A stretch of 64,000 nt of DNA, from the NCBI GenBank assembly GCA_030765185.1, contig JAVCDE010000026.1:17276-81275 (forward strand). The letters run 5' to 3'. Numbering within the stretch: position 1 is the first letter of the stretch; each line of letters opens with the position of its first letter. A program made the translations under genes and the position numbers. This DNA comes from Candidatus Aceula meridiana. Lineage in GTDB: Bacteria; Omnitrophota; Gorgyraeia; Zapsychrales; Aceulaceae. This document shows positions 52,793-62,102 of this stretch, one piece after another. The notes under the pieces are model-generated. The model was not told where the DNA came from. It saw only the letters and a list, made by a program, of their open reading frames with translations, and ran no database searches.

Positions 52793-53267
52793 GTTGAAAA
52801 CAAGAAAGTTTTTTTTAGGAAATGCTTTTAGCCTTATTGAGCTTCTTTTAGTTGTCATTTTAATTGGAGTTCTCGCTGGGTTGTCCCTACCACGTTTTAG
52901 TCAAAGCTATTCTCAAATTCGCCTTGAACAAACTGCTTATAACCTAGCGTCGATGATGCGCTATGCCCAAGGACGCGCTCTTTCGCGCCAAGAAGAAATT
53001 CAGCTTCAGTTTGATTCTGATTTTACGCGATATCATCTTATGGAAAGAAAAGGTGATAATTTTGAAGTGATTGAAGGCCGCAGAGGACGGGCGCAGCTTA
53101 TTCCAAAGGGAATCTCAATTGAATCAGAAGAAACAACTGTGGGATTTTCTCCAGGGGGGGCAATGGATAAGGTAAGAATTTATCTGTCTAATGAAAAAGG
53201 GAAAATATTCACCGTTACCACGAGGGAGCTAAGAGGAAGTGTTAAAGTTTTTGATTCAGAAATTTAG
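52746..53267 (+). CDS. minor pseudopilin (GspH-like)
   Basis: The N-terminal hydrophobic pilin-like helix is GNAFSLIELLLVVILIGVLAGL. An alternative in-frame TTG start at 52794 would give a short leader directly after the gspG stop; the ORF-track start overlaps gspG by 47 nt. Confidence 0.55.
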   Translation: MKAKTILQIGQKSTFKLKTRKFFLGNAFSLIELLLVVILIGVLAGLSLPRFSQSYSQIRLEQTAYNLASMMRYAQGRALSRQEEIQLQFDSDFTRYHLMERKGDNFEVIEGRRGRAQLIPKGISIESEETTVGFSPGGAMDKVRIYLSNEKGKIFTVTTRELRGSVKVFDSEI

Positions 53268-53640
53268 CCGCAGAGGGTTTGTTCTTGTTGAAGTGCTGAT
53301 GACAGTGGCCATCCTATCTGTTGTCTTAACGATGATTATACGTTCGCACATGGCAAGTTTACGCGCTTCCACATACACGGAGGAATATTCAACGGCTGTA
53401 TTACTTTTAGAAAACAAGATGACGGAATTAATCCAAAAAGGGTTTATCCGAAGAGACCTTGAGGAACAAGAAGCTTTTGATTTTCCTTACGAAAAGTTTT
53501 CTTATTTGTTTCAATCGAAAAAAAGTGAAAACGCCGAAGATTCTGACAACTTAAATGAGGTCACATTGACTTTGTTTTGGCCATCAGGAAAAGGCGAGCG
53601 TAAAATTTTAGCAACAACATATTTATTTAATTCATTTTAA
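53239..53640 (+). CDS. minor pseudopilin (GspI-like)
   Basis: The prepilin leader ...RRG|FVLVEVLMTVAILSVVL has a canonical E+5. Size is ~120 aa. Confidence 0.55.
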   Translation: MLKFLIQKFSRRGFVLVEVLMTVAILSVVLTMIIRSHMASLRASTYTEEYSTAVLLLENKMTELIQKGFIRRDLEEQEAFDFPYEKFSYLFQSKKSENAEDSDNLNEVTLTLFWPSGKGERKILATTYLFNSF

Positions 53641-53643
53641 AAT

Positions 53644-54372
53644 ATGAAAATACAAAACTCTTTAAAAGAAAATCTTAAAGCCTTCACGCTTATTGAAATC
53701 CTTATTGCCTTAGGAATTTTTTCGGTGGTCATTTTAAGTCTTTATAGCAGTTTTTGGGCGGGAATGAAGATTAATAAGCGGGCACACCAAAATGATAATA
53801 TTTATCGCCAGATCGCCTTAGGACTAGAAGAGATGGCGCATGAGCTTGAGCAGGCGGCCTCATATGATTTTTCACAATCTCAAGAGGATGCCGGTGCTTT
53901 TTATGGGACAGCAGGAGAGATCTCTTTTTTGCTCCCGACGGCGGAGGGATTGAAGCATATTCGTTATTACCTAGAGGCTGAGGAGGAAACATCTATTCAT
54001 CGTATTATTGTCGGAGAAAGTTATCAAAAAAATGTTTCTTTTACCTTAACTAATCAATCTTCACCGAGCCGGTATGCTCTTATCCGTGAAGAAAATTCAT
54101 TTGTAGACGCCATGGGAGATTCTTTTTCTTCTGACCCAGAGGTGGTTACCTTAGGAATTGCTGAAGAGGGTCTTCAATTTTCTTATGCGTTTCTGAAGCA
54201 AGAGGGCGACGGGGTAGAGATTGTATGGAAAGATGTTTGGGATGAAAACTATATTCCCGCAGGGGTGAAGCTTAAAGTGTCTTTTTTAAACGCTGAGAAT
54301 AAAAACGGTTTTCAAGAAATTGAAAAAAATATTTATATCCCAACAGGCTTTTGGGGGGAAGATGAAGTTTAA
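53644..54372 (+). CDS. minor pseudopilin (GspJ-like)
   Basis: The leader ...NLKA|FTLIEILIALGIF has E+5 and A at -1. Size is ~240 aa. Confidence 0.5.
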   Translation: MKIQNSLKENLKAFTLIEILIALGIFSVVILSLYSSFWAGMKINKRAHQNDNIYRQIALGLEEMAHELEQAASYDFSQSQEDAGAFYGTAGEISFLLPTAEGLKHIRYYLEAEEETSIHRIIVGESYQKNVSFTLTNQSSPSRYALIREENSFVDAMGDSFSSDPEVVTLGIAEEGLQFSYAFLKQEGDGVEIVWKDVWDENYIPAGVKLKVSFLNAENKNGFQEIEKNIYIPTGFWGEDEV

Positions 54373-55459
54373 TATTCTGCGATTGAGACTTCAAGATAAT
54401 TCTGGCATAATAATGATAGTCACGTTGTGGATTTTAATTATTCTTAGCGTGCTAGCCGTGGGGTTAGGCAGGCGGACGAGCTTGGATTTAGCTCTAACCA
54501 AATATAGCATCGCGAGGGCAAAGGCAATGTCTTTGGCATGGGGTGCTTTAACCTATAGTATGAATGAAATCCGCAAGGATTCAGAAGATGACGATGCGGA
54601 AAAATTTGACAGCTTTTATCAATGCGGTTTTTATCTTCCTGAAGAAAGTTCTGCCGAGGAGATTTTTGAGAATAGACCTTTAGGAGATGGGTTTTTTGAT
54701 GTGAGGTATAAAATAGAGCAGGGGAAAGGCGCAGATCGTATTTGTTATGGGTTTGAGGATGAAGAGAGACGATTAAACCTTAATTCGATTTATTCTGGAA
54801 ATTATAAAGTTCTTTACCACTTGATTGTTCTTTTAGGATTTGATGAGGCAACAGCTTTGACGATTTCGTGTTCGGTTGTTGATTGGCATGATGACGACAG
54901 CATTGTTACCGAGGCACCTCATGGGGCTGAAGATGATTATTATGTGGCATTAATTAAGCCTTATCGTTGCAAGAATACAACGTTTGAAACTATCGAAGAG
55001 CTTTTACTTGTTAAGGGCGTCACAAAAGAAATTTTCGATTCTCTTAAGGACTACGTGACAGTTTTTCCTTTAGAGGCGAGGGATTTAAAAGTAAATATTA
55101 ATACCGTCAAAGAGGATATTTTAAAGGCCATTTTTCGGGCAACAGCCGAAAGAAATCCCGGCGCCGAGGAGCTTGACGCTGATTCACTCACTCAAAAGAT
55201 TGTATCTTATCGATTAGGAGAAGATGCAATGGCCTGCACAGCTGATGACCGAATTATCGAAAAGGCCAATAGCGAGCCACTTAGCTTAAATCAGAGTGAG
55301 CAAGCGATTTTTCTTTCTGCCGTAAATCATTTTATTGAAAGCGCGCAGTATTTCCGCATTACGGTGCATGGGTACGATGAACCTTCAGGGGTTAAGGCGC
55401 AGATACAAGCTGTTGTTGACCGTGAAGACTTAACCATTTTACGCTGGCGCAGGAACTAA
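54362..55459 (+). CDS. minor pseudopilin GspK-like (no Glu+5)
   Basis: MKFNILRLRLQDNSG|IIMIVTLWILIILSVLAV is a pilin-like TM lacking E+5, as in GspK. The size is large (~365 aa). The ATG at 54362 overlaps the gspJ end by 11 nt and is preferred over the track start at 54320. Confidence 0.5.
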   Translation: MKFNILRLRLQDNSGIIMIVTLWILIILSVLAVGLGRRTSLDLALTKYSIARAKAMSLAWGALTYSMNEIRKDSEDDDAEKFDSFYQCGFYLPEESSAEEIFENRPLGDGFFDVRYKIEQGKGADRICYGFEDEERRLNLNSIYSGNYKVLYHLIVLLGFDEATALTISCSVVDWHDDDSIVTEAPHGAEDDYYVALIKPYRCKNTTFETIEELLLVKGVTKEIFDSLKDYVTVFPLEARDLKVNINTVKEDILKAIFRATAERNPGAEELDADSLTQKIVSYRLGEDAMACTADDRIIEKANSEPLSLNQSEQAIFLSAVNHFIESAQYFRITVHGYDEPSGVKAQIQAVVDREDLTILRWRRN

Positions 55460-55470
55460 CTTTAAAAAAG

Positions 55471-56895
55471 ATGAAAAAACACCTGACAACTATTATCGAA
55501 ATTACCGAAACACACGTTAAGTTTCTTGAGGCTGCTCTGTCGCGCAGAAAGCCGGTACTGTTACGGTCGTCTGTCGCGAAAATTACAGAGCCTTCCGAAC
55601 AAGGGATTTCTAAGCTTTTGACAACCATGGCTGACCCTCGCATGAAAAAAACTTATGTTGTGGCTGTTGTTCCTCGCAGGCAGGTCATGGTAAGGTATTT
55701 TTCTTTTCCGTCCCACTCAGAAGAAGAAATTAAAAAAATGATTTCTCTACAGGTTGTCCAGCAAGTGCCTTATGCGCGCGAAGACATTGTTTTTGATTAT
55801 ACAATTTTAGATAAGGACTCATCAGGCTATGCAAAAGTTTTAGCCGCTATTGCGCACAAAGAAGTGATCAGCCGGTATTTTAAAGTATTCGCAAAAGCCG
55901 GCCTCACTATCAACAGTATTGTTTTAAGTTCTATCGCAGTTGTCAATTGGCTTTCTAGTTACGAAAAGAAAGAAAAGACATCTCATGGCGTTTCTATTTT
56001 AAATATCGACACATCGACGAGCGAGATTTGTTTTTGCAAAAAGGGAAGGCTTCTTTTCTCACGCCATATTGGGTTTGGTGTAAAAGATTTAGGTGCTGAT
56101 CAAGAAGACGCTTTTGTTAGAGAAGTCGGGATGACGCTCGAGTCATATCAAAAAGAAAAGATTGGGCCGCTTCCTCAAAAGATTATCCTGCTGGCCCCGC
56201 CAGAGGCTATTGTTGGATTCTCGCAGAAAATTCAATCTGAGCTGCAGCTTAATGCAGAATTTATTGATCCGTATCAATATTTTATTGAAGCAAAAGAGAT
56301 TGCTATTCCTATCATTTCAAAAGGGGATTATTATTCTTTGGTTGTTCCGTCAGGGCTGGCTGTTAAAGGTGGACAGAAGAATTTTAATCTTTTGCCAAAA
56401 GTTGTCAGTGACCAGAGGAAGGCAAAAGCAAAAAAAAGCGCTTGGATAAAATTTTTACTGCTTGCTAGTTTAATTATTCTATTCGGCAGCGGGATTTTAT
56501 TAACAAAAGTGCAGCAGGAGAAAAATCGTTTTGATAACATTAAAGAGAAGCTAGCTGAACTTAAGCCCCGCATTGAGGAAATTAAGCGCAAAAAAGAACA
56601 CATCGAAGCTATCGAGAAATATTTGAATGTAAAGCCTTTGTCCGTGGACATTATTTATGAGTTGTATAATTTAACGCCCAAAGATGCTTCGTTTCGTCTT
56701 ATCTATGTTGACCCACAAGACAATGTAACTTTGCAGGGAATTGCAGAAAAATTATCAAGCGTTAACGGATTTCAGAGTCGTTTGGTAAATTCGTCATTAT
56801 TTACAAATGTTAATTTGCAGTATGCGACTCAGCGAAAGATTTTTCAGGGAGAGATAACAGACTTTAAAATAACGGCAGAAATCGTAAGGCCTTAA
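55471..56895 (+). CDS. GspL-like (PilM-type actin-like cytoplasmic domain + TM + PilN-like periplasmic region)
   Basis: The N-terminal ~330 aa form a PilM/FtsA-like fold. A single TM follows (WIKFLLLASLIILFGSGILL), then a coiled-coil periplasmic segment. Confidence 0.5.
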   Translation: MKKHLTTIIEITETHVKFLEAALSRRKPVLLRSSVAKITEPSEQGISKLLTTMADPRMKKTYVVAVVPRRQVMVRYFSFPSHSEEEIKKMISLQVVQQVPYAREDIVFDYTILDKDSSGYAKVLAAIAHKEVISRYFKVFAKAGLTINSIVLSSIAVVNWLSSYEKKEKTSHGVSILNIDTSTSEICFCKKGRLLFSRHIGFGVKDLGADQEDAFVREVGMTLESYQKEKIGPLPQKIILLAPPEAIVGFSQKIQSELQLNAEFIDPYQYFIEAKEIAIPIISKGDYYSLVVPSGLAVKGGQKNFNLLPKVVSDQRKAKAKKSAWIKFLLLASLIILFGSGILLTKVQQEKNRFDNIKEKLAELKPRIEEIKRKKEHIEAIEKYLNVKPLSVDIIYELYNLTPKDASFRLIYVDPQDNVTLQGIAEKLSSVNGFQSRLVNSSLFTNVNLQYATQRKIFQGEITDFKITAEIVRP

Positions 56896-56915
56896 TAAAA
56901 TAAAGGAACAAGGGC

Positions 56916-57452
56916 ATGGCCCAATTTAATCCTAGCCAAAGAGAAAAGTGGATTTTTATTTCTTGTATTCTGATGATTTGTATTTACATCGGATACCGTT
57001 TTGTTTTTATTGCGATGCAAGAGGAAGAGACATTCTGGAAGGCAAAAGTTTTAACTGCCCAACGAAAAGCAAGGAAGGACTTAAGCGTTCTTCGCGAAGA
57101 GTTCTCCGTTAATGCACGCTATGGTGAATATCTAAAAAGGCTAAAGCAAAAAACTCCAGATACTCAAGAGATGGCCTCGATTTTATCAGAGATCGAGTCT
57201 ATCGCCGGCAACATCAACTTAAAAATTGAAGATATGAAGCCGAAAAAGATTAAAAAACAAGATTTTTATAATCATTTTTCAGTTAACATCCGCATCAAAG
57301 GGGACATGGGAACTATCACAAAGTTTCTTTATGCCCTTCAAGCCAAGCCTCATTTTTTTCATATCAATGAAATGCGTCTTGAAAAACGTTCAGCCCGGAC
57401 TCAAGAAATTAAATGCGAGATTGTGGCAAGCCGCTTGCTGATCCAGCAATAG
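56916..57452 (+). CDS. GspM/PilO-like bitopic inner-membrane protein
   Basis: Short cytoplasmic N-terminus, TM helix WIFISCILMICIYIGYRFVFIA and a ~140-aa periplasmic domain. Position after the gspL-like gene supports the call. Confidence 0.45.
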   Translation: MAQFNPSQREKWIFISCILMICIYIGYRFVFIAMQEEETFWKAKVLTAQRKARKDLSVLREEFSVNARYGEYLKRLKQKTPDTQEMASILSEIESIAGNINLKIEDMKPKKIKKQDFYNHFSVNIRIKGDMGTITKFLYALQAKPHFFHINEMRLEKRSARTQEIKCEIVASRLLIQQ

Positions 57453-57608
57453 CGTTAGCCTTCCTATAAATACGTATATAAACATAAGCTACGCGTGTGA
57501 GGGGTAATTTGGACATGTGATTTACGTTACTGCCGCGGCCGTAAATCGTCTCTTTATTAAAAAATTCAGCTTTTTTCTTGTTCACCCTATTAATATTTGT
57601 TAATCTAT

Positions 57609-57640
57609 AAGTACAACTCTCTGAGTAGAGAGTTGTACTT
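57609..57640 (+). promoter_or_regulatory. perfect 14-bp-arm inverted repeat (operator / regulatory hairpin) immediately upstream of the MerR-family gene
   Basis: AAGTACAACTCTCT-gagt-AGAGAGTTGTACTT ends 7 nt before the ATG at 57647. Candidate -35 ttgttc (57580) and -10 taatct (57603) hexamers lie upstream. It is not followed by a U-tract. Confidence 0.5.
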
Positions 57641-57646
57641 AAGTCT

Positions 57647-57871
57647 ATGAAGCATATATATTTAATAAAAGATTTAGCCCTTGAAACAGGGTATTCGACC
57701 CATACTTTAAAGTATTACCTCAAGGAAGGACTTTTTGAGGAAATGGGGCGTAGCCCGTCGACTAATTTTCGATATTTCGACGAAGGGGCAATCATGTGTT
57801 TGCAGAAAATCCGCAAGATGAAAAACCGCGGGCTTTCTTTAAGCGAAATAAAGGAAAGATTGAAGAATTAA
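57647..57871 (+). CDS. MerR-family HTH transcriptional regulator (small, 74 aa)
   Basis: MKHIYLIKDLALETGYSTHTLKYYLKEGL matches the MerR N-terminal HTH (M..ytIgelA..tGvs..TLRyYE..GL). The stop TAA overlaps the next gene's ATG (TAATG). Confidence 0.6.
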   Translation: MKHIYLIKDLALETGYSTHTLKYYLKEGLFEEMGRSPSTNFRYFDEGAIMCLQKIRKMKNRGLSLSEIKERLKN

Positions 57872-58707
57872 TGAGTTATTACCAAGCTTTACGTCTTAAA
57901 AAAGAACCTTTCTCGACGTCTCCGGATCCGGAGTTCTTTTATCATTCTAGAGAACATACAACCGCGTTAAAACGGCTAGAAATTGCTGTGCGCCTAAAGC
58001 GGGGCTTAAGCCTTATCTTAGGCGATGTTGGCGCAGGAAAAACAACCTTGTCGCGTGCCTTGTTGCAAAGTTTTGCCGGTGAAGAAAAAGATTTTATTTT
58101 TCACATGATCCTTGATCCGGATTTTAAAAGCGAATATCAATTTTTGTCGCATCTTACAAAGATGTTTGGAGTTTCGCCGTTTATGCGCTCGGCTATGGAT
58201 CATCGCGAGGCCATTGAAAAATATCTTTTTCAAAAAGGTGTTGAAGAGGGAAAGACAATTATTTTATTAGTCGACGAGGGACAAAAGCTTTCTATGCCGT
58301 TTATCGAAATTTTGCGAACGCTTTTAAATTATGAAACGAATGAATATAAATTACTCCAGCTGGTTATTTTAGGGCAGATGGAACTTTTACCTCGCATTAA
58401 GAAGGTGAAGAATTTTATGGATCGCGTTGCCTTAAAGTATATTATTAATCCCTTAGACGAGAGAGAAACCGAGAAAATGATTGATTTTCGTCTTCATCAG
58501 GCTGGCTTAAACGGCAACAGCCCGTTGTTTAGTCATGAGGCGATTCGAAGAATTTATGAAATTACACAAGGGTATCCACGTCAGATTACGCTTTGTTGCC
58601 ATAACGCACTTGAACGTTTGGTAATGGATGGGCGGGAAACTATTACAGTGGAACTTATTGATTCGTTAGTTGCAGAAGAGCAAAGGTGGCTTGAACATGT
58701 CGCATGA
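57871..58707 (+). CDS. gspA: ExeA/GspA-family AAA ATPase (general secretion pathway protein A)
   Basis: GLSLILGDVGAGKTTLSRAL is the Walker A. DEGQKL is Walker B-like. Size is ~280 aa. Start chosen at the ATG at 57871 (TAATG coupling with the upstream gene) rather than the track's 57796. Confidence 0.65.
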   Translation: MSYYQALRLKKEPFSTSPDPEFFYHSREHTTALKRLEIAVRLKRGLSLILGDVGAGKTTLSRALLQSFAGEEKDFIFHMILDPDFKSEYQFLSHLTKMFGVSPFMRSAMDHREAIEKYLFQKGVEEGKTIILLVDEGQKLSMPFIEILRTLLNYETNEYKLLQLVILGQMELLPRIKKVKNFMDRVALKYIINPLDERETEKMIDFRLHQAGLNGNSPLFSHEAIRRIYEITQGYPRQITLCCHNALERLVMDGRETITVELIDSLVAEEQRWLEHVA

Positions 58708-59287
58708 GGATTTACCCGAAGACAAATTATTAAATCTTATCCGAAATGGAAAGGCGAAAGATTCTTCGGAGAAAAAGGGACTAAGCCCTTCTTCCGTTGG
58801 GCCAAAGCCTTTAAGGCCGGTGCAAGAAAAAAAAGCAAGGAACTTCTTGGGCCCCATCAATAGACTCATGCTTATTGTTGTAGCGGGATTGTTAGGGTAT
58901 CTTTGTTATGAATTGTTTTATGAAAGCAAGGCTGAAGAAAGCATTCTCGAAACCGCTGCATCTCAGCCGGCTCAACCTGTTACTGTTATTGCCTTAGAGG
59001 AAAAACCTCTTTCTTATTATGAGAATCAAATTAAAAAGCGTGATATTTTTGAAAGGCCTAAGCAAGGTGTCGTCGCAACGGCCGCAGACAACGCGCTTTC
59101 AAAGAATTTTAGGCTTGTCGGAATTGTTTTAGGCGAAACCCCGGAGGCTATTGTTGAGGATGTCCTTGGAAAAAGGACATTATTTTTGCACGTTGGCGAC
59201 AAGGTTGAAGAAGCAGAAATTATTCTTATCGAAGAGGGAAAAGTTACATTCTTTTATCAAGAAGAAGAATTTGAGTTAACGCAATAA
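58697..59287 (+). CDS. bitopic membrane protein, GspB/ExeB-like partner candidate
   Basis: Single TM (LMLIVVAGLLGYLCYELFY) after an ~65-aa cytoplasmic N-terminus, then a periplasmic region. AGGTGG lies 8 nt upstream of the ATG at 58697. Overlaps gspA by 11 nt. Assignment is by position only. Confidence 0.4.
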   Translation: MSHEDLPEDKLLNLIRNGKAKDSSEKKGLSPSSVGPKPLRPVQEKKARNFLGPINRLMLIVVAGLLGYLCYELFYESKAEESILETAASQPAQPVTVIALEEKPLSYYENQIKKRDIFERPKQGVVATAADNALSKNFRLVGIVLGETPEAIVEDVLGKRTLFLHVGDKVEEAEIILIEEGKVTFFYQEEEFELTQ

Positions 59288-59310
59288 TTGAAAAAATATA
59301 GGAGATTTTT

Positions 59311-61017
59311 ATGAAAAAAATATTAATGTTGTGCTTTATTGTTGGTTTGGGCATTTTTTGGTGTAGTGCCGGAGGAGCCCAGACTTCGGGACAAACGTCC
59401 TCAGTTGATAATGCTTTGGATTTGTTTGATCAAGATGAGCAGGCAATCATAAAAGAGGCTTTAGGCGAGCCTGTGGCTGCCCCTGAGCCTATTGTCGAGC
59501 CTGTCGCTATGTCTGTTAGCGAGCCGGCTGCAGAAAAAGAACTGGTTGCCACCAAGCAACAAAGAACAGGTCCTATTTCAAAAGAGCAACAAGGGACAGC
59601 ATCTTCTTCCGTGAGGGAGGTCGGCGGAAGGCTCGTACTTGATGTTTTAGAGCTTAAAGATATGGATATTGTTGATGTTCTAAAGCTTATTTCAAAAAAA
59701 AGTGGGCTTAATATTGTTGCGGGTGCCAATGTCCGCGGGAAAGTAACGATTTATTTAAAGAATGTTGATGTTCGTGATGCGTTAAGAATTATTCTTGAGG
59801 CCAATGGCCTAGCCTTTGTTGAGGAGAATGACATTATTAAGGTTTTGACCGGAAATGATTTTGAAACGCGTTACGGTTATCAATTTGGACGTCAGACAGA
59901 AACGCGCATTGTTCAGCTTAAAAATGCCTCTGCGGCTGATTTGGTAGCAGCATTAAATCAGATGAAGAATTCGACAGGCTCTGTTGTCGCTGATGCGAAT
60001 TCTAATACCGTCATCATGACCGACCAAATTGATAAAATTATTATGATGGAGAATTTTGCGCACCATGCTGACATTCCCATAGCCTCGGAAATTTTTACCC
60101 TTAAATACTCTAAGGCGGAAGAGGTGGCAAAGAAAATTGAAGGGACTTTGACAAAAGGCATTAGTCAGATTGAATGGGATGAGCGATCGAATAAAATTAT
60201 CGTAACTGATACATCTGAGAAAATTAAAGAAATTTCCAAACTTGTTGAGGCTTTTGACGAAAAGCAGTCACAAGTTTTGATAGAAGCTAAGATCATCCAA
60301 GTTGTTTTAAGTGATACATTCAAGTTTGGAGTAGACTGGGAAGCTATTGTCCGTGATTATCACACGCTTACTTTAAATTCGGCTTTTAATGTTATATCAG
60401 ATACGGACAAAAGCGGAACGCTAAGCATTGGTACGATCGATGACGATGATTATGATGTTTTGATTGAAGCTCTTGAGACTGTTGGAGACACGAACACACT
60501 TTCGAGTCCTCGTATTCTTGCCATTAATAATGAAGAGGCAAAAATTTTAGTTGGGTCTAACGAGCCATATATCACCAGTGAAACCATCACAACAGCATCA
60601 GGGCCGGCAACAACATCAGAGAGTGTTAATTTTATTGATGTGGGTGTTAAATTGTATGTGACTCCAAAGATTCACGGAGATGGATACGTGACGTTGAAGA
60701 TTAAACCTGAGGTAAGTTCAGTTACGCGTTACCTCACAACAAGTACTAACAATGAGATTCCGATTGTGGATACGTCACAGGCAGAGACCACGGTTACCAT
60801 TAAAGATGGGGTAACAATTGTTTTAGGCGGCTTGATTAAAGATGAAGATATCGATAATGTTAACAAGGTGCCCCTTTTGGGCGATATTCCTTTTTTGGGC
60901 GCTGTTTTTCGTAATAAGAGCCAGACGACCCGTAAAACAGAGTTGGTTATTTTCTTAACGTGTCATATCGTTGGCGGGGATGTTGACGTTGAGCCAAAAA
61001 CAACCTTTATCGAATAA
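59311..61017 (+). CDS. gspD: secretin (GspD/PilQ family outer-membrane channel)
   Basis: Signal peptide. N-terminal N0-like domain (LVLDVLELKDMDIVDVLKLISKKSGLNIVAG...VRDALRIILEANGL). C-terminal secretin domain (VPLLGDIPFLGAVFRNKSQTTRKTELVIFLTCHIV). Confidence 0.85.
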   Translation: MKKILMLCFIVGLGIFWCSAGGAQTSGQTSSVDNALDLFDQDEQAIIKEALGEPVAAPEPIVEPVAMSVSEPAAEKELVATKQQRTGPISKEQQGTASSSVREVGGRLVLDVLELKDMDIVDVLKLISKKSGLNIVAGANVRGKVTIYLKNVDVRDALRIILEANGLAFVEENDIIKVLTGNDFETRYGYQFGRQTETRIVQLKNASAADLVAALNQMKNSTGSVVADANSNTVIMTDQIDKIIMMENFAHHADIPIASEIFTLKYSKAEEVAKKIEGTLTKGISQIEWDERSNKIIVTDTSEKIKEISKLVEAFDEKQSQVLIEAKIIQVVLSDTFKFGVDWEAIVRDYHTLTLNSAFNVISDTDKSGTLSIGTIDDDDYDVLIEALETVGDTNTLSSPRILAINNEEAKILVGSNEPYITSETITTASGPATTSESVNFIDVGVKLYVTPKIHGDGYVTLKIKPEVSSVTRYLTTSTNNEIPIVDTSQAETTVTIKDGVTIVLGGLIKDEDIDNVNKVPLLGDIPFLGAVFRNKSQTTRKTELVIFLTCHIVGGDVDVEPKTTFIE

Positions 61018-62055
61018 ATGATGAGTAATTATTTCAGATATTGTTTAACTTTTAGCTTGGCAATTTTTTTGCTGACAATAGGTGGCTGCGCATCTGCGCC
61101 GAAAGGTGGCCCCGGCGTTCCACAAAAAGATCTTGTTCTTAAAGATTTGTGCGTGCGTTATGGAATTAGTTGTGTTTTAGATAGCGTGAGCCAGGTCATC
61201 ACACTAAAACGTAAAGGCGTTAAAGCCAAGGCTATTCTCGCAAGTGATGTGGTTGTTGTCGATAGCAAGAAAGTCAGATTAAGCAAAGCGGTTTGGATGT
61301 CCCGGGGGACAGTTTATGTTCCAGATGACTTTAAAAGGAAGGTCGTTCAGCCGATGTTTGCCAAAACATCGCCATTTGTGCAGAAATTCCGCAAAGTTAT
61401 GCTTGATGCCGGCCACGGCGGCAAAGACCCCGGAGGTATCGGTAACCTCGGTACACGCGAAAAAGAAATTGTTTTAGATATCGCCCAACGGATTCAAGAA
61501 TCTTTAAAAAGAAAAGGCATAGACGCTGTTTTAACAAGAAACAGCGATCAGTTTTTAGAACTAGGAGATCGAACGGCGCTTGCACAGAAAAAAGGGGTGG
61601 ATTTATTTGTTAGTATTCATGCTAATATTGATACGAGCCATAGCGCGCGTGGAATTGAGATATACCATTTAAGGCCTCTTGATACAAAATCATGGGCTGA
61701 AACGTATGCACCTAAGAATTATCAAGTATTGTTTAAAAATTTTAAGATGAAGCAAGGAGATGAAACTTTAGAAAAAATACTCACGGATATGATGTATTCA
61801 CACAAGCAGCAGGTGTCCTATCAACTTTCAAGATATTTAGCTGATAAAATTTCTAAGAAAGTCGGGACAATAGACAGGGGTGCTAAAACAGCAGGATTTT
61901 ATGTTTTAAAAAATACGCTTGTGCCGGCGGTTTTGATTGAAGTAGGATTTTTATCACATCCGAAAGAAGAAAAGAGCCTTTGTTGCCAGGAGTACCGGCA
62001 AAAACTTGCGGATAGTATTGCGGAGTCTTTGATCGATTATGCCGCCTATTATTGA
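61018..62055 (+). CDS. amiC: N-acetylmuramoyl-L-alanine amidase (Amidase_3, AmiC-like) lipoprotein
   Basis: Lipoprotein signal (LLTIGGCAS). Amidase_3 motifs are VMLDAGHGGKDPGG, ...E.. and DLFVSIHAN. Confidence 0.8.
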   Translation: MMSNYFRYCLTFSLAIFLLTIGGCASAPKGGPGVPQKDLVLKDLCVRYGISCVLDSVSQVITLKRKGVKAKAILASDVVVVDSKKVRLSKAVWMSRGTVYVPDDFKRKVVQPMFAKTSPFVQKFRKVMLDAGHGGKDPGGIGNLGTREKEIVLDIAQRIQESLKRKGIDAVLTRNSDQFLELGDRTALAQKKGVDLFVSIHANIDTSHSARGIEIYHLRPLDTKSWAETYAPKNYQVLFKNFKMKQGDETLEKILTDMMYSHKQQVSYQLSRYLADKISKKVGTIDRGAKTAGFYVLKNTLVPAVLIEVGFLSHPKEEKSLCCQEYRQKLADSIAESLIDYAAYY

Positions 62056-62102
62056 TTTTAAAGTTTCGAGAACGCTTGAGTTAAAAATAAAGGATAAAAT
62101 TT

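Noticed and set aside
57796-57870. Longer 5' extension of the gspA ORF (track start 57796)
   Set aside because: It would overlap the MerR-like gene by 76 nt. The ATG at 57871 forms a TAATG coupling junction and begins exactly where ExeA-family homology starts.
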